Positions 10,409 through 20,333 of a DNA stretch of 64,000 nt are shown here, in pieces. Every line of letters begins with the position of its first letter. Position 1 is the stretch's first letter. Position numbers and translations under genes: made by a program. This stretch comes from a virus. The DNA lies in the IMG/VR virus record IMGVR_UViG_3300023184_005208, positions 2,675-66,674 of that record, one strand, 5' to 3'. The notes beneath the pieces were generated by a model. The model saw nothing but the letters and a program-made list of their open reading frames with translations. It was not told the origin of the DNA and did no database searches.

Positions 10409-11252
10409 TATATTATCTAACCATTATTACGAACTATATTCCCAAGAAACCAAAACCTACACTTCCAAAAAACATTCGGGACTATATTCAATTTTTAATT
10501 GGATTGTACGCAAAATTGTAATTTTAGAATTGAATGGGTTTCCAGTTGAGCATTTGGAAATAGATTATTATAACCAACAAATTTATGATTTGTTTTTTGA
10601 AAAAAAAGAAGGTAAGCTAGATTTTTCAGATATATCAGATGAAGAGAAAATTTTTTTTATAGAGAAATCAGATACCACAGGTTGGGGATTAGGTGATGAT
10701 GTAAAGTTGTTGAACTTTAAAATAACAAATAAAATTGTAAATAAATTTTTTAACCCCAGTAAGTTAGTATTGGATTGTTACAATAATCTTTTAAAGTCAA
10801 ACAATATTGATTTGAATAACACAATATTTGTTTGGGCTAGAAGTACCGATAAAGGAGGTGAAACAAAATTACCAAGTCTTGAAGCTTATTTAAAGATTAT
10901 TAATTCAATCAATTTATCAGATAAAGAAATATTATTACAGACTGATGATTATAGAGTTTTAAATAGTTTTAAAGGATGTGGTCTCAATCTCAAGACAATT
11001 AAAGAGATTCCAACCTCAGAAACATTAAGAGGATTTCACATGGAAATGTGTGAAATTAGTAACGACACTTTCAAATCAAAATACAAAATAAGCAAAGATG
11101 AATATCTATTACAGATGTATTGTTTATCTTTAATTGCAAAAAATTCATACAAATCAATCCTATATCCAGGAAATCCAACAACATACGTACCGATGATAAA
11201 GGGCTCTTTTGACGATTGTTATTTATTTAAGGACGATAATCAACTATTTTAA
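10395..11252 (+). CDS. hypothetical protein, possible GT-B (NodZ/O-fucosyltransferase-like)
   Basis: VWARSTDK and LLQTDD resemble the HxRxTD / xATD motifs of GT23-like enzymes; cluster context. Confidence 0.5.
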   Translation: MELSDILSNHYYELYSQETKTYTSKKHSGLYSIFNWIVRKIVILELNGFPVEHLEIDYYNQQIYDLFFEKKEGKLDFSDISDEEKIFFIEKSDTTGWGLGDDVKLLNFKITNKIVNKFFNPSKLVLDCYNNLLKSNNIDLNNTIFVWARSTDKGGETKLPSLEAYLKIINSINLSDKEILLQTDDYRVLNSFKGCGLNLKTIKEIPTSETLRGFHMEMCEISNDTFKSKYKISKDEYLLQMYCLSLIAKNSYKSILYPGNPTTYVPMIKGSFDDCYLFKDDNQLF

Positions 11253-11265
11253 TAAAAAAAAAACT

Positions 11266-11901
11266 ATGAAATCATACTCACAGTGCGGACAAGACTTATT
11301 TGTCTATTATCTGAACGAAGGAAAATCAGGTAAATTTTTAGACCTTGGTTGTTCTTTACCAATGAAAATTAACAACACATATCTTTTAGAACTTAATGGA
11401 TGGGATGGAATCTCATTAGACATCCAAGACTTTAATACACAATGGGAACAAAGAAAATGCAAATTTATTCAAGCCGATTGTCTTAATCAAAACTACAACG
11501 AATTACTTAAAGATTATTACGATGACAAAGTAATTGATTATCTAACATTAGATATGGAAGGATGTGGTGACAGATATAAATTACTACAAAAAATTATTGA
11601 GAGTGATTACACATTCAAAATAATCACAATAGAACACGACGCATACCTTGGAGATGAGTTTGTTAATAAAGAACAAATACCACAACGTGAATTGTTAAAA
11701 TCAAAAGGATATCAATTAATTTGTTCTGACGTATCTCACGCAAAGAATCCTGAATTATTCTTTGAAGATTGGTGGGTTAATCCTCAATATTTTGAAGAGT
11801 CTGACCTTGTGTCATGGACCAGCGATAAAACCAGCTGTGATAAAATTTTTGAAAAATTAAATATTGAATATGAAATTGCAAACGAATCAATCGACAGGTA
11901 A
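11266..11901 (+). CDS. FkbM-like methyltransferase
   Basis: SYSQCGQD, FLDLG, NNTYLLE..GWDG, IDYLTLDME, ITIEH, EDWWV. Confidence 0.8.
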   Translation: MKSYSQCGQDLFVYYLNEGKSGKFLDLGCSLPMKINNTYLLELNGWDGISLDIQDFNTQWEQRKCKFIQADCLNQNYNELLKDYYDDKVIDYLTLDMEGCGDRYKLLQKIIESDYTFKIITIEHDAYLGDEFVNKEQIPQRELLKSKGYQLICSDVSHAKNPELFFEDWWVNPQYFEESDLVSWTSDKTSCDKIFEKLNIEYEIANESIDR

Positions 11902-12991
11902 GAAAATAGTTGTGTTAGGGGGAGGTGGATTCATCGGAGGTCACCTCGCAAAAAGATTAAAAGAAGAGGGTAACCACGTTAGAATTTGTGATATTAAAAG
12001 ACATGAACACTTCTATGAAGATGAGATATGTCATGAATTTATTTTAGGGGATTTAACAGACCCTAAGGTCGTAGATTTGGTTATTGAGGAAGGGGTGGAT
12101 GAAGTGTATCAATTAGCTGCTGACATGGGTGGTGCTCTTTATATCTTCACTGGTGAGAACGATGCAAATCTTATGCACAACTCAGCAACTATTAATTTAA
12201 ACGTATCAAGAGAATGTGTTAAGAAAAAAGTTAAGAAAGTATTCTACTCTTCTTCAGCTTGTATGTATCCTGAACACAATCAACTTGACCCATTAAATCC
12301 AAACTGTGAAGAAAGTTCTGCATACCCTGCAAACCCTGATTCAGAATACGGATGGGAAAAGTTATTCTCTGAAAGAGTATTTTTGGCATACCATAGAAAC
12401 TATAAGTTAAATGTAAGAATTGCAAGATTTCATAACATCTTTGGTCCACAAGGTACTTGGAAAGGTGGTAGAGAGAAATCACCAGCAGCAATGTGTAGAA
12501 AGGTTGTTGAAGCCAAAGACGGAGATATCATCGAAGTATGGGGTAATGGTGAACAAACTCGTTCATTCCTTTATGTTGAAGAATGCGTTGAAGCGGTTCT
12601 TAGATTAATGGAATCAGATTTTACCGGACCTGTTAACATTGGAAGTGAAGAAATGGTTACAATTAATCAACTTGCCGAAATGGCAATTAGTATATCAGGA
12701 AAAAACCTATCAATCGAAAATATTGATGGTGAAGAGTTCGTAGAAAAATATGGATTTAAATGTCCTCTTGGTGTTAAAGGAAGAAATTCTGACAATAAAC
12801 TTTATCGTGAAAAAGTTGGGTGGGAGGTTAGTCAACCTCTTTTAACAGGACTTACAAAAACTTTTTTATGGATAAAATCTCAAGTAGATACTTTAGAATT
12901 AGAAACTCCTTGGATTTACGAAAGTCCTGATGGTGGTAAAACAGTGTTTAAGAGAGAGCCTATGTCCACAAAAAGGATAAAAATTAAATAA
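11870..12991 (+). CDS. GDP-mannose 3,5-epimerase-like extended SDR
   Basis: GGGGFIG, LAADMGG, SSACMYPE, YGWEK, RFHNIFGP.GTWKGGREK.PAA.CRK, GRNSDN closely follow plant/bacterial GME. Confidence 0.88.
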   Translation: MKLQTNQSTGKKIVVLGGGGFIGGHLAKRLKEEGNHVRICDIKRHEHFYEDEICHEFILGDLTDPKVVDLVIEEGVDEVYQLAADMGGALYIFTGENDANLMHNSATINLNVSRECVKKKVKKVFYSSSACMYPEHNQLDPLNPNCEESSAYPANPDSEYGWEKLFSERVFLAYHRNYKLNVRIARFHNIFGPQGTWKGGREKSPAAMCRKVVEAKDGDIIEVWGNGEQTRSFLYVEECVEAVLRLMESDFTGPVNIGSEEMVTINQLAEMAISISGKNLSIENIDGEEFVEKYGFKCPLGVKGRNSDNKLYREKVGWEVSQPLLTGLTKTFLWIKSQVDTLELETPWIYESPDGGKTVFKREPMSTKRIKIK

Positions 12992-12997
12992 AAAACC

Positions 12998-13378
12998 ATG
13001 GTATCAGTTCCAGTTAGTATTGGAGAAATGATTGATAAACTATCAATTCTTCAAGTAAAAAAAACTAAAATTTCCGATGAAACAAAATTAGATTTTGTAA
13101 ATAAAGAATTTGAAATTTTATACAATTTATCGTCAGTTTACTTAGACAACGTTGAAATCGAATCACTTTATCATCGATTAGTTGAAATCAATTCATCTCT
13201 TTGGGATGTTGAGGACAAATTAAGAATTATAGAAAAAGAAAAAAGATTTGAAGGTGAGTTTATATCTTTGGCGAGAAAAGTATATTTTACTAATGATGAA
13301 AGATTTAGTTTAAAAAATGAAATCAATTTGCTCACACTCTCAGAAATTAGAGAAGTTAAAGATTACGTAAAATATTAA
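12998..13378 (+). CDS. DUF6165-like protein
   Basis: VPVSIGEMIDKLSIL...LWDVED..R...LARKVYFTNDER...EVK.Y. Confidence 0.7.
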   Translation: MVSVPVSIGEMIDKLSILQVKKTKISDETKLDFVNKEFEILYNLSSVYLDNVEIESLYHRLVEINSSLWDVEDKLRIIEKEKRFEGEFISLARKVYFTNDERFSLKNEINLLTLSEIREVKDYVKY

Positions 13379-13395
13379 CAATTAAAAACAAACGG

Positions 13396-14136
13396 ATGGG
13401 AAAAACAACAAGGAGAGTATCTTCTACTCAACTTTCAAATTTAAACGAAGAAAAAATCGTTAAATCAAAAAAAGAACAAATTTGTTCAATCATAAAAAGA
13501 AAAACAAAACAAAAATTTTTATCGGAAAGTCAAAAAGAATATTATGAAAAATTAGAATCAAATCAAATTACGATTTGTTCGGGACCGGCCGGTGTTGGTA
13601 AAAGTTACATAGCAATGAAAGGAGCGGTTGATTTATTAAGTGACCCAAATACTCCTTATGAAAAAATTATTATTGTACGACCAGCGGTTGAGGCTGAAGA
13701 AAAACTTGGCTCACTTCCCGGTAACGTAGAAGAAAAATTAGACCCATATATTTTTCCATCGTATTATCTATTAAATAAAATTATTGGTAAAGAGACTAGA
13801 GAAAAATTAAAAGATATTGAAGCTATTGAAGTTTTTGCATTAGCATATATGAGAGGTATGAATATTGATAATTCAATTCTTATATTTGAAGAGGCTCAAA
13901 ATTCAACTCCAAGTCAAATGAAGTTGTTATTAACAAGAATTGGATTTAACTCCAAATTTTTTATTTCAGGTGACTTAGAACAATTTGATAGACATAAAGA
14001 TAAAACACAAACAGGACTTTGGGATGCCATGAAAAAATTCAGAGATTTACCAAGTGTTGGTGTACACGAATTTGGTGACGGTGATGTTGTTAGAAACCCA
14101 CTTATTACACAAATTTTAAAAAGATACGAAGAATGA
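13396..14136 (+). CDS. phoH: PhoH-family ATPase
   Basis: GPAGVGKS, RPAVEA.EKLGSLPG, LAYMRG, EEAQN, GD..Q.D, VVRNPL. Confidence 0.93.
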   Translation: MGKTTRRVSSTQLSNLNEEKIVKSKKEQICSIIKRKTKQKFLSESQKEYYEKLESNQITICSGPAGVGKSYIAMKGAVDLLSDPNTPYEKIIIVRPAVEAEEKLGSLPGNVEEKLDPYIFPSYYLLNKIIGKETREKLKDIEAIEVFALAYMRGMNIDNSILIFEEAQNSTPSQMKLLLTRIGFNSKFFISGDLEQFDRHKDKTQTGLWDAMKKFRDLPSVGVHEFGDGDVVRNPLITQILKRYEE

Positions 14137-14744
14137 AAATAGGAATAGAAATTAATGGGATATTAAGGGATACTTTAAAAAAAATCCAACAAGAATATGA
14201 AAAATGGTATCTTAACGAAAATTGGAAAGAAATGAAATTTGTTGAAGATGAAAAGGATATTGAAAGAAAAGTTATTTCTGAAGTAAGTTCTTTAAATCTA
14301 AATAATCATTTAGTTTTTAAAAATGAAGATGAGGTATACGATTTTCTCTACAAAGAACACACAATGGAAATTTTTGGTCATGCTAGCTCTGTAGAATATA
14401 GCGGAATGAATGATTTAAATGATTTTTACACTGAGATGAGGGACAATCACGATATTATTATTGTTTCTGATGAAATTGGAAAATCAAAACCTGCTTCATT
14501 GTTTTTCTTGGCAAAATTTGGTTGCTTAGTTGAACAGGTTAAATTTTATAGCGAAAGTACAATTAATTCACTTTGGGACTCCGTAGACATTTTACTTACC
14601 GCTAATCCTAATCTATTATTAAATCATCCTAAAAATAAAAAGTTAATCAAATACGAAACATTTTATAACAAGGACATAAAAAATGAGTATTCAATTTCAA
14701 CACTGAAAGAACTCAAAACTAAAATTGAAGAATTAAATGATTAA
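14133..14744 (+). CDS. HAD-fold 5'-nucleotidase-like protein with degenerate motif I
   Basis: MKIGIEINGILRD resembles IGIDIDGVLRD but lacks the catalytic Asp residues. Confidence 0.55.
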   Translation: MKIGIEINGILRDTLKKIQQEYEKWYLNENWKEMKFVEDEKDIERKVISEVSSLNLNNHLVFKNEDEVYDFLYKEHTMEIFGHASSVEYSGMNDLNDFYTEMRDNHDIIIVSDEIGKSKPASLFFLAKFGCLVEQVKFYSESTINSLWDSVDILLTANPNLLLNHPKNKKLIKYETFYNKDIKNEYSISTLKELKTKIEELND

Positions 14745-15018
14745 AGTACTTGGAGAAAATTACTACGTTGATTTGGATGAAATTGAAAATTACTTAGACA
14801 TGACAGATGACTCACCAACTGAAACAATCACTGGTGGTACTGAGACAAAAATTAACATTATCAAATTTGAAATGGTTAAGATGATGTTAGATACTGTTCT
14901 AACAGAACAGGAGGATTTGGATGACAAATTAGGTATGAAAGGGGCAGCCAACACAAGTATTCCGTTCAGAATTGCATTCAACAGTTTATTAAATAAAAAA
15001 CTTATCAATCATTATTAA
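14737..15018 (+). CDS. hypothetical phage protein
   Basis: 93-aa ORF overlapping its neighbours. Confidence 0.65.
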   Translation: MIKVLGENYYVDLDEIENYLDMTDDSPTETITGGTETKINIIKFEMVKMMLDTVLTEQEDLDDKLGMKGAANTSIPFRIAFNSLLNKKLINHY

Positions 15019-15019
15019 T

Positions 15020-16075
15020 ATGGGAAATTTAGCACAAGAAAAAGTTTTAGAGTCAATAAAAACTTTAAGAGAAAAAAAAGCGAGAATTTATTTATTCGCA
15101 CAAGACACTAAAGGAAATGCAAAAGCATCTGTAAAATACATTTATGATGTTGCATTAACTTTAAAAAGAGGTGGATTCAATCCAATAATTTTACACGAAA
15201 AAAATGACTATGCCGGTGTAGAATCTTGGTTAGGAAATGAATACATGAGTGAAATACCTCACCAATCAATCGAAGGACAAAATTTAGAAATAAGTCCTGA
15301 AGATTTTTTAATCCTACCTGAAATTTTTGGGTACGTTATGGACCAAGTAAAAACATTACCATGTGCCAAAATTGTTTTAACACAATCATACGCATACTTG
15401 TTAGAAACTTTACAACCAGGACAAACATGGGCACAATTTGGATTTTACAAGTGTATCACAACTAACAACAAACAAAAAGAATACATTGAAAGAGTAATGA
15501 GACAATCATCTTTTGATATATTAACACCTTACATATCAGAAAATTTCACCCCAAGAAAATTACCTGCAATGCCAATTGTTGCTGTTCACACAAGAGAACA
15601 AAGCGATGCGATTAATTTAATTAAAACGTTTTATTTAAAATTCCCTCAATACAGATGGTTTACATTTAGAGATATGAGAGGATTATCTGAAAAAGAATTT
15701 TCTAAAGCATTAAAAGAATGTTTTATGAGCGTTTGGATTGACGATAAATGTGGGCATGGTACATTCCCATTAGAATCTATGGCATGTAACGTACCTTGTT
15801 TAGGTAAAATTCCTGACTTATCTCCTGAGTGGATGAATGAAGATAATGGAGTTTGGGTTACAGATTTAACTATGATGGCTGACTATATTGCAGATTTTAT
15901 TCAAAATTGGTTAGAAGATAATATTAAACCTGATTTATACGAAAACATGCAAAAAACAGCTAAAGATTTTATGAATAAACAAGAATTTGATTCTAAAGTA
16001 ATCTCATTATTCGAAGGTTATTTAAATACAAGAGCAGATTCATTTGAACAACAAATATCAAAAACAGAAGAATAA
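15020..16075 (+). CDS. GT-B glycosyltransferase-like protein
   Basis: LILPE, GHGTFPLESMACNVP donor-binding motif. Confidence 0.75.
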   Translation: MGNLAQEKVLESIKTLREKKARIYLFAQDTKGNAKASVKYIYDVALTLKRGGFNPIILHEKNDYAGVESWLGNEYMSEIPHQSIEGQNLEISPEDFLILPEIFGYVMDQVKTLPCAKIVLTQSYAYLLETLQPGQTWAQFGFYKCITTNNKQKEYIERVMRQSSFDILTPYISENFTPRKLPAMPIVAVHTREQSDAINLIKTFYLKFPQYRWFTFRDMRGLSEKEFSKALKECFMSVWIDDKCGHGTFPLESMACNVPCLGKIPDLSPEWMNEDNGVWVTDLTMMADYIADFIQNWLEDNIKPDLYENMQKTAKDFMNKQEFDSKVISLFEGYLNTRADSFEQQISKTEE

Positions 16076-16076
16076 T

Positions 16077-16883
16077 ATGAGTAATAAATTATCAGTATCC
16101 GTTATACTACCGTTAAAATCATCTAAAGCAAAAAACTTTGATGAGTATTTTGAAAAGGCAATCACGTCATTAAAATCCCAACAAACTCAAATTGAGGAAC
16201 TTGTTATTGTACACACTCAAGAAGAAAGTTTAGTTACATTACTAAACTCTTACGACTTTGGTGATTTAAATGTTGTCAAATTAGTTTGGGATAAAGAACC
16301 TAACTACTCATCTCAAGTTAACTATGGTGTTGAGAAAGCTAAAGGAACATGGGTTTCATTTTTTGAATTTGATGATGAATACGCATCAATTTGGTTTAAA
16401 AATGTTGCAATGTACATTGAGTCATACCCTGAAGTACAAGTATTTTTACCTGTTGTGGTTGACACAGATGAAAAAACAACTTTTGTTGGTTTTACAAATG
16501 AAGCCACTTTCGCAGCAAACTTTACCCAAGAAATGGGAGTGTTAACTAACGAAACATTACATGACTATCAAAATTTCCAAACAGCTGGTTCGGTAATTAA
16601 AAAATCAGTAATTGAAGATTTTGGAGGATTTAAAAGTTCAATAAAATTAACATTTGTTTATGAATTTTTACTAAGGTTAACATACAATTCAGTATCAGTA
16701 ATGACAATTCCAAGATTGGCATACAAACACACTAATTTAAGAGAAGGTTCAATATTTTGGAATTATAAAAACAGTGAGCCTAAAATGTTAGAAGACGAGG
16801 TTAAGTTTTGGGTGGCGACTGCAAAAAAAGAATATTTTTTCACTGACGACAGAGTCATAAAATATCAATCAGAAAATGCATAA
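16077..16883 (+). CDS. glycosyltransferase family 2-like
   Basis: VSVILP, KAITSL..Q, VNYGVEKAKG.WVSFFEFDD. Confidence 0.8.
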   Translation: MSNKLSVSVILPLKSSKAKNFDEYFEKAITSLKSQQTQIEELVIVHTQEESLVTLLNSYDFGDLNVVKLVWDKEPNYSSQVNYGVEKAKGTWVSFFEFDDEYASIWFKNVAMYIESYPEVQVFLPVVVDTDEKTTFVGFTNEATFAANFTQEMGVLTNETLHDYQNFQTAGSVIKKSVIEDFGGFKSSIKLTFVYEFLLRLTYNSVSVMTIPRLAYKHTNLREGSIFWNYKNSEPKMLEDEVKFWVATAKKEYFFTDDRVIKYQSENA

Positions 16884-17629
16884 TGTCAGAAACAATCTCT
16901 GCAACTACAGAAGATGTTTCGTCAAAAAAAAGAGGAAGGAAAGCGGTTAATTTAAATTATTTTGATGTCAGAGAAGAAACAGCGGTAAGAAACTTTTTAA
17001 TTGCTGAATCTTCGCACGAAAAAAATAAAATTTATAATGAATTTCTAAGAGCACCTCTAGATAAGATGATTTCATCTATCATTAGACGTTACAAACTATA
17101 TCGTAAAGATATGGACTTCAATGAAATTCATTGTGATACTCATTCGTTCTTAATGACCAAGGTCGATAAGTTCAAACCAGATAAAAATAAAAAAGCATAT
17201 TCCTATTTTGGTACAATATGTAAAAATTATCTGATGGGTCAAATTATTAAAGACCAAAAAGAAACTAACAGAAAAATATCCTACGAAGACATTTCTTCAA
17301 GTTTAGAAGAAAGACCTGACATGAGTTATAGAATTGATGAGGATATTGTTGAAAGTGATGTTATAATAAACAAATATTTACAAGAACTTAAAGAATTCAT
17401 TGAAAATGAAAATTTAAATGATAACGAAAGAAAATTAGGATATGCGTTAATTGATTTATTCGATAACTACCAAACAATATTTTCAGGTGCTGATAATAAC
17501 AAATTTAATAAAAATGTTATTTTATTATCACTAAGAGAAATGACTAATTTGAGTACTAAAGAAATTAGAAGTTCTATTAAAAGATTTAAAAAATTATACA
17601 TCGTAATTCAAACTAGGATGAAAAATTAA
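16883..17629 (+). CDS. late-transcription sigma factor (T4 gp55-like)
   Basis: KFKPDK.KKAYSYFGTICKNYL resembles the gp55 region-2 motif (AFAYFTQIC.NAF). Confidence 0.7.
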   Translation: MSETISATTEDVSSKKRGRKAVNLNYFDVREETAVRNFLIAESSHEKNKIYNEFLRAPLDKMISSIIRRYKLYRKDMDFNEIHCDTHSFLMTKVDKFKPDKNKKAYSYFGTICKNYLMGQIIKDQKETNRKISYEDISSSLEERPDMSYRIDEDIVESDVIINKYLQELKEFIENENLNDNERKLGYALIDLFDNYQTIFSGADNNKFNKNVILLSLREMTNLSTKEIRSSIKRFKKLYIVIQTRMKN

Positions 17630-17649
17630 TAAAAAAAGTATTTATTGAT

Positions 17650-18015
17650 ATGCCTAGACCACAAAGAAAAGAAATTAATTTTAGTAAAGAATCAATTCTA
17701 TCACTCATGCAAGAAATTTATAATGAGTTAGTAGAACAAAGAAATACTGCAATAAGAATCCAAAATAAAATGTTGACCATGTTAAAGGATGCTTCTGACA
17801 TGACAACTATTGGACCTGTAATTGAAAAACAACAAAAGATTGTTAACGACTGTGTTGAAAAGAAATTAAGTCTTTCAAAATTACAATCAAGTATTTGGGA
17901 AAAATCAAACAGCAATGTTGAATCTTTTACTCTATCGGACTTAGATGATGACTTAATCCAAAATCTAATAGATAAAGATGTTTCAAATGAGGAACAAAGT
18001 TATAAATTAAAATAA
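17650..18015 (+). CDS. hypothetical coiled-coil protein
   Basis: 121-aa ORF preceded by TATTTAT. Confidence 0.7.
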   Translation: MPRPQRKEINFSKESILSLMQEIYNELVEQRNTAIRIQNKMLTMLKDASDMTTIGPVIEKQQKIVNDCVEKKLSLSKLQSSIWEKSNSNVESFTLSDLDDDLIQNLIDKDVSNEEQSYKLK

Positions 18016-18016
18016 G

Positions 18017-20128
18017 ATGCCGAGTCCTGATTTATCACAAGGTTGGTTAGATGTTGGTAGTCAATTAGATGCTATTAAAGATTACAATGCAACATCTCAA
18101 GCAGAAAAAACTTTAAGAAGCCAAGCAGCAAATTCGGCATCCCAAGCCACTGCAAAAATTTCAAAATCTTTAAATAGTATTGCCGACAAACAAAAAAGGT
18201 TTCAAAGAGACGCACCAACGTCTATGGATGAACTTTTAAATTTGTTTGGTAAAACAAATGGACAAGGACCTGAATCATTCAAATATCTTAGAAAAAAATT
18301 TTTAGAGGCTTCGGTTAAAATTGAACCTGAAGTTAAAAATATCATTTCAAAAAACGCACTTAAGGCGTTAGGTTGTTCTCAACAACAAACTTTCAAAGGA
18401 TTTAGTAAATCCCAATACAACCAAATTGGGTCAATGCAACAACTTCCTGTTCAACAAGGAATTTATATTCCAGTACAAAGTTTGGATTTTTTTGGTAACT
18501 TAAAAAACGCTCCAGATACTCCTGTAGGTAAAGCGTATTACGAACATTCGGACCCATCTACAAGTGAAAAGTTTAAACCTTATGGAGGAGATATTGCATA
18601 CCCAATGAATAAGGAATTATATCAAAGAATGGATGCCACAAATGTTAACAGGTCTTACAAACAAGAATACGGTAAAGTTTATAAAGGAAGTTCAGGACAA
18701 GATTTATTCGACATTCAATATACTAAAACAAATGAAAACGGAGTTTCAGGTGATTATTACAGAGTAATATTATTAGATAGAGAAGATAATACTACATCGG
18801 GAACAACATCTGGAAATACTGTTGGTGCAACTTTAAATACTGTTGGCCCGTTTCTAAACGATTATTTTTCAACCATTAACATGGTTGATTCTTCTGATAT
18901 TGGAATGCAAATTGTAAATTTACTTTCCGGTGCCTTAAACACACAAGCCAAACTTGGTCCTGCAGATATTGGAAACCAATCTTCTTTTTTCTTAATTGCC
19001 CAAAGAATTTTAGGTCTTTGTTTTGATAGTAGAAAACAAATTGATGTTAGTGGAATTTCCAAAGTTGCAGAACTTGATGGTGTTGATGATGAGTTTTTTA
19101 AATTTACAGAATCTGATTTAAGAAATATTAATTCAACAATCAATAATGTTCAGAATGGTGTTATGGAATTTATAGATTGTGACAATATTAAACTTCCTGT
19201 AGATTATCAAAATTTAACTCAAGAATTAGGAACATTTAGAGCCGAACAATCAGGATTAACTTCAGAACAAAAAGTTGCGGGTTTAGAAAAAATAATAGAT
19301 AGCATTTCTCAAAACCCTTCATGGAGTTTATACGTACCTGCAAATTTTAATGTCAGTGTTTCAATCAACACAAGTGTATTAAAAAAAATACCTTTAGCCG
19401 TTGCCGCAAGTGCTCTTTCACCAAAAACGTTATTACCAATTTTCACAATGTTATCGGTATTAGAAACAAGTGCAAAAAACAATATCAATCAAGCAATTAC
19501 ATCTGCAAATACACAAATTGCATCAGGTAATACTGTTGGTGGAGATGTTAACAATGTAGTTAATAATGGTGTGGATTTTTTAAATAAATTCAGAACTTTC
19601 AACATCAATGTTATTTCAGAAATCGGTGCGGTTTATTTGAAAGCATTATTTGAAATTCTAAAAAAAGATATAATAAATCTTTTATCAATTATTATTCAAG
19701 ACATAACCAAAAATCAAATTACACAAAGATACGCAATCATATTAAGACTTGTTCAACTTGCACTTACAATTGCTCAATTAGTTAAAGATTATAGAGAATG
19801 TAAATCTTTACTGGATGACATACAAGCCTTACTAAGATTGATTAACGGATTACCAATTAAAAGACCTAAGATACCTTCATTCTTAATGCCGTTCACAGAA
19901 TTTCTACCTGGTAGTGACCCAAGTAGGTCCAGTGTTAACACCCTTCAATTCTTACAAAAAATAGGTGTACCAACAGGAACTTTACCTGATGGTTCTCCTA
20001 ATATTATGAATTTATTTGATAAGGCGGGAAAACAAGGTACCGCAAAAGAAGAAACTGAAAATGGAGTTTCCGATGCTGAGGTATGGACACCACTTGGTGT
20101 TATACCTGTTTTTAATAAGAAAAGATAA
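18017..20128 (+). CDS. large hypothetical protein, probable baseplate/tail-associated
   Basis: 703-aa ORF upstream of the gp5-like gene. Confidence 0.6.
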   Translation: MPSPDLSQGWLDVGSQLDAIKDYNATSQAEKTLRSQAANSASQATAKISKSLNSIADKQKRFQRDAPTSMDELLNLFGKTNGQGPESFKYLRKKFLEASVKIEPEVKNIISKNALKALGCSQQQTFKGFSKSQYNQIGSMQQLPVQQGIYIPVQSLDFFGNLKNAPDTPVGKAYYEHSDPSTSEKFKPYGGDIAYPMNKELYQRMDATNVNRSYKQEYGKVYKGSSGQDLFDIQYTKTNENGVSGDYYRVILLDREDNTTSGTTSGNTVGATLNTVGPFLNDYFSTINMVDSSDIGMQIVNLLSGALNTQAKLGPADIGNQSSFFLIAQRILGLCFDSRKQIDVSGISKVAELDGVDDEFFKFTESDLRNINSTINNVQNGVMEFIDCDNIKLPVDYQNLTQELGTFRAEQSGLTSEQKVAGLEKIIDSISQNPSWSLYVPANFNVSVSINTSVLKKIPLAVAASALSPKTLLPIFTMLSVLETSAKNNINQAITSANTQIASGNTVGGDVNNVVNNGVDFLNKFRTFNINVISEIGAVYLKALFEILKKDIINLLSIIIQDITKNQITQRYAIILRLVQLALTIAQLVKDYRECKSLLDDIQALLRLINGLPIKRPKIPSFLMPFTEFLPGSDPSRSSVNTLQFLQKIGVPTGTLPDGSPNIMNLFDKAGKQGTAKEETENGVSDAEVWTPLGVIPVFNKKR

Positions 20129-20129
20129 T

Positions 20130-20333
20130 ATGACTCAAGAACAACTAATTAAAATAATTGAAGAACAAAAAGATTTAAAAAATTTACCTAATAGTAATTT
20201 AGTTCAAATGATGGATTTATTATCATTAGAGTTTGAGGACGTTAAGAAAAATTTAATATCAATGACTTTTCATTTAGATAAAGTTGAGGAGTTGTATAAT
20301 AATTCATTAAAAGAATTTCAAAATAGAGCATAA
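20130..20333 (+). CDS. small hypothetical protein
   Basis: ATG 1 nt after the upstream stop; TAATG coupling to the next gene. Confidence 0.65.
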   Translation: MTQEQLIKIIEEQKDLKNLPNSNLVQMMDLLSLEFEDVKKNLISMTFHLDKVEELYNNSLKEFQNRA

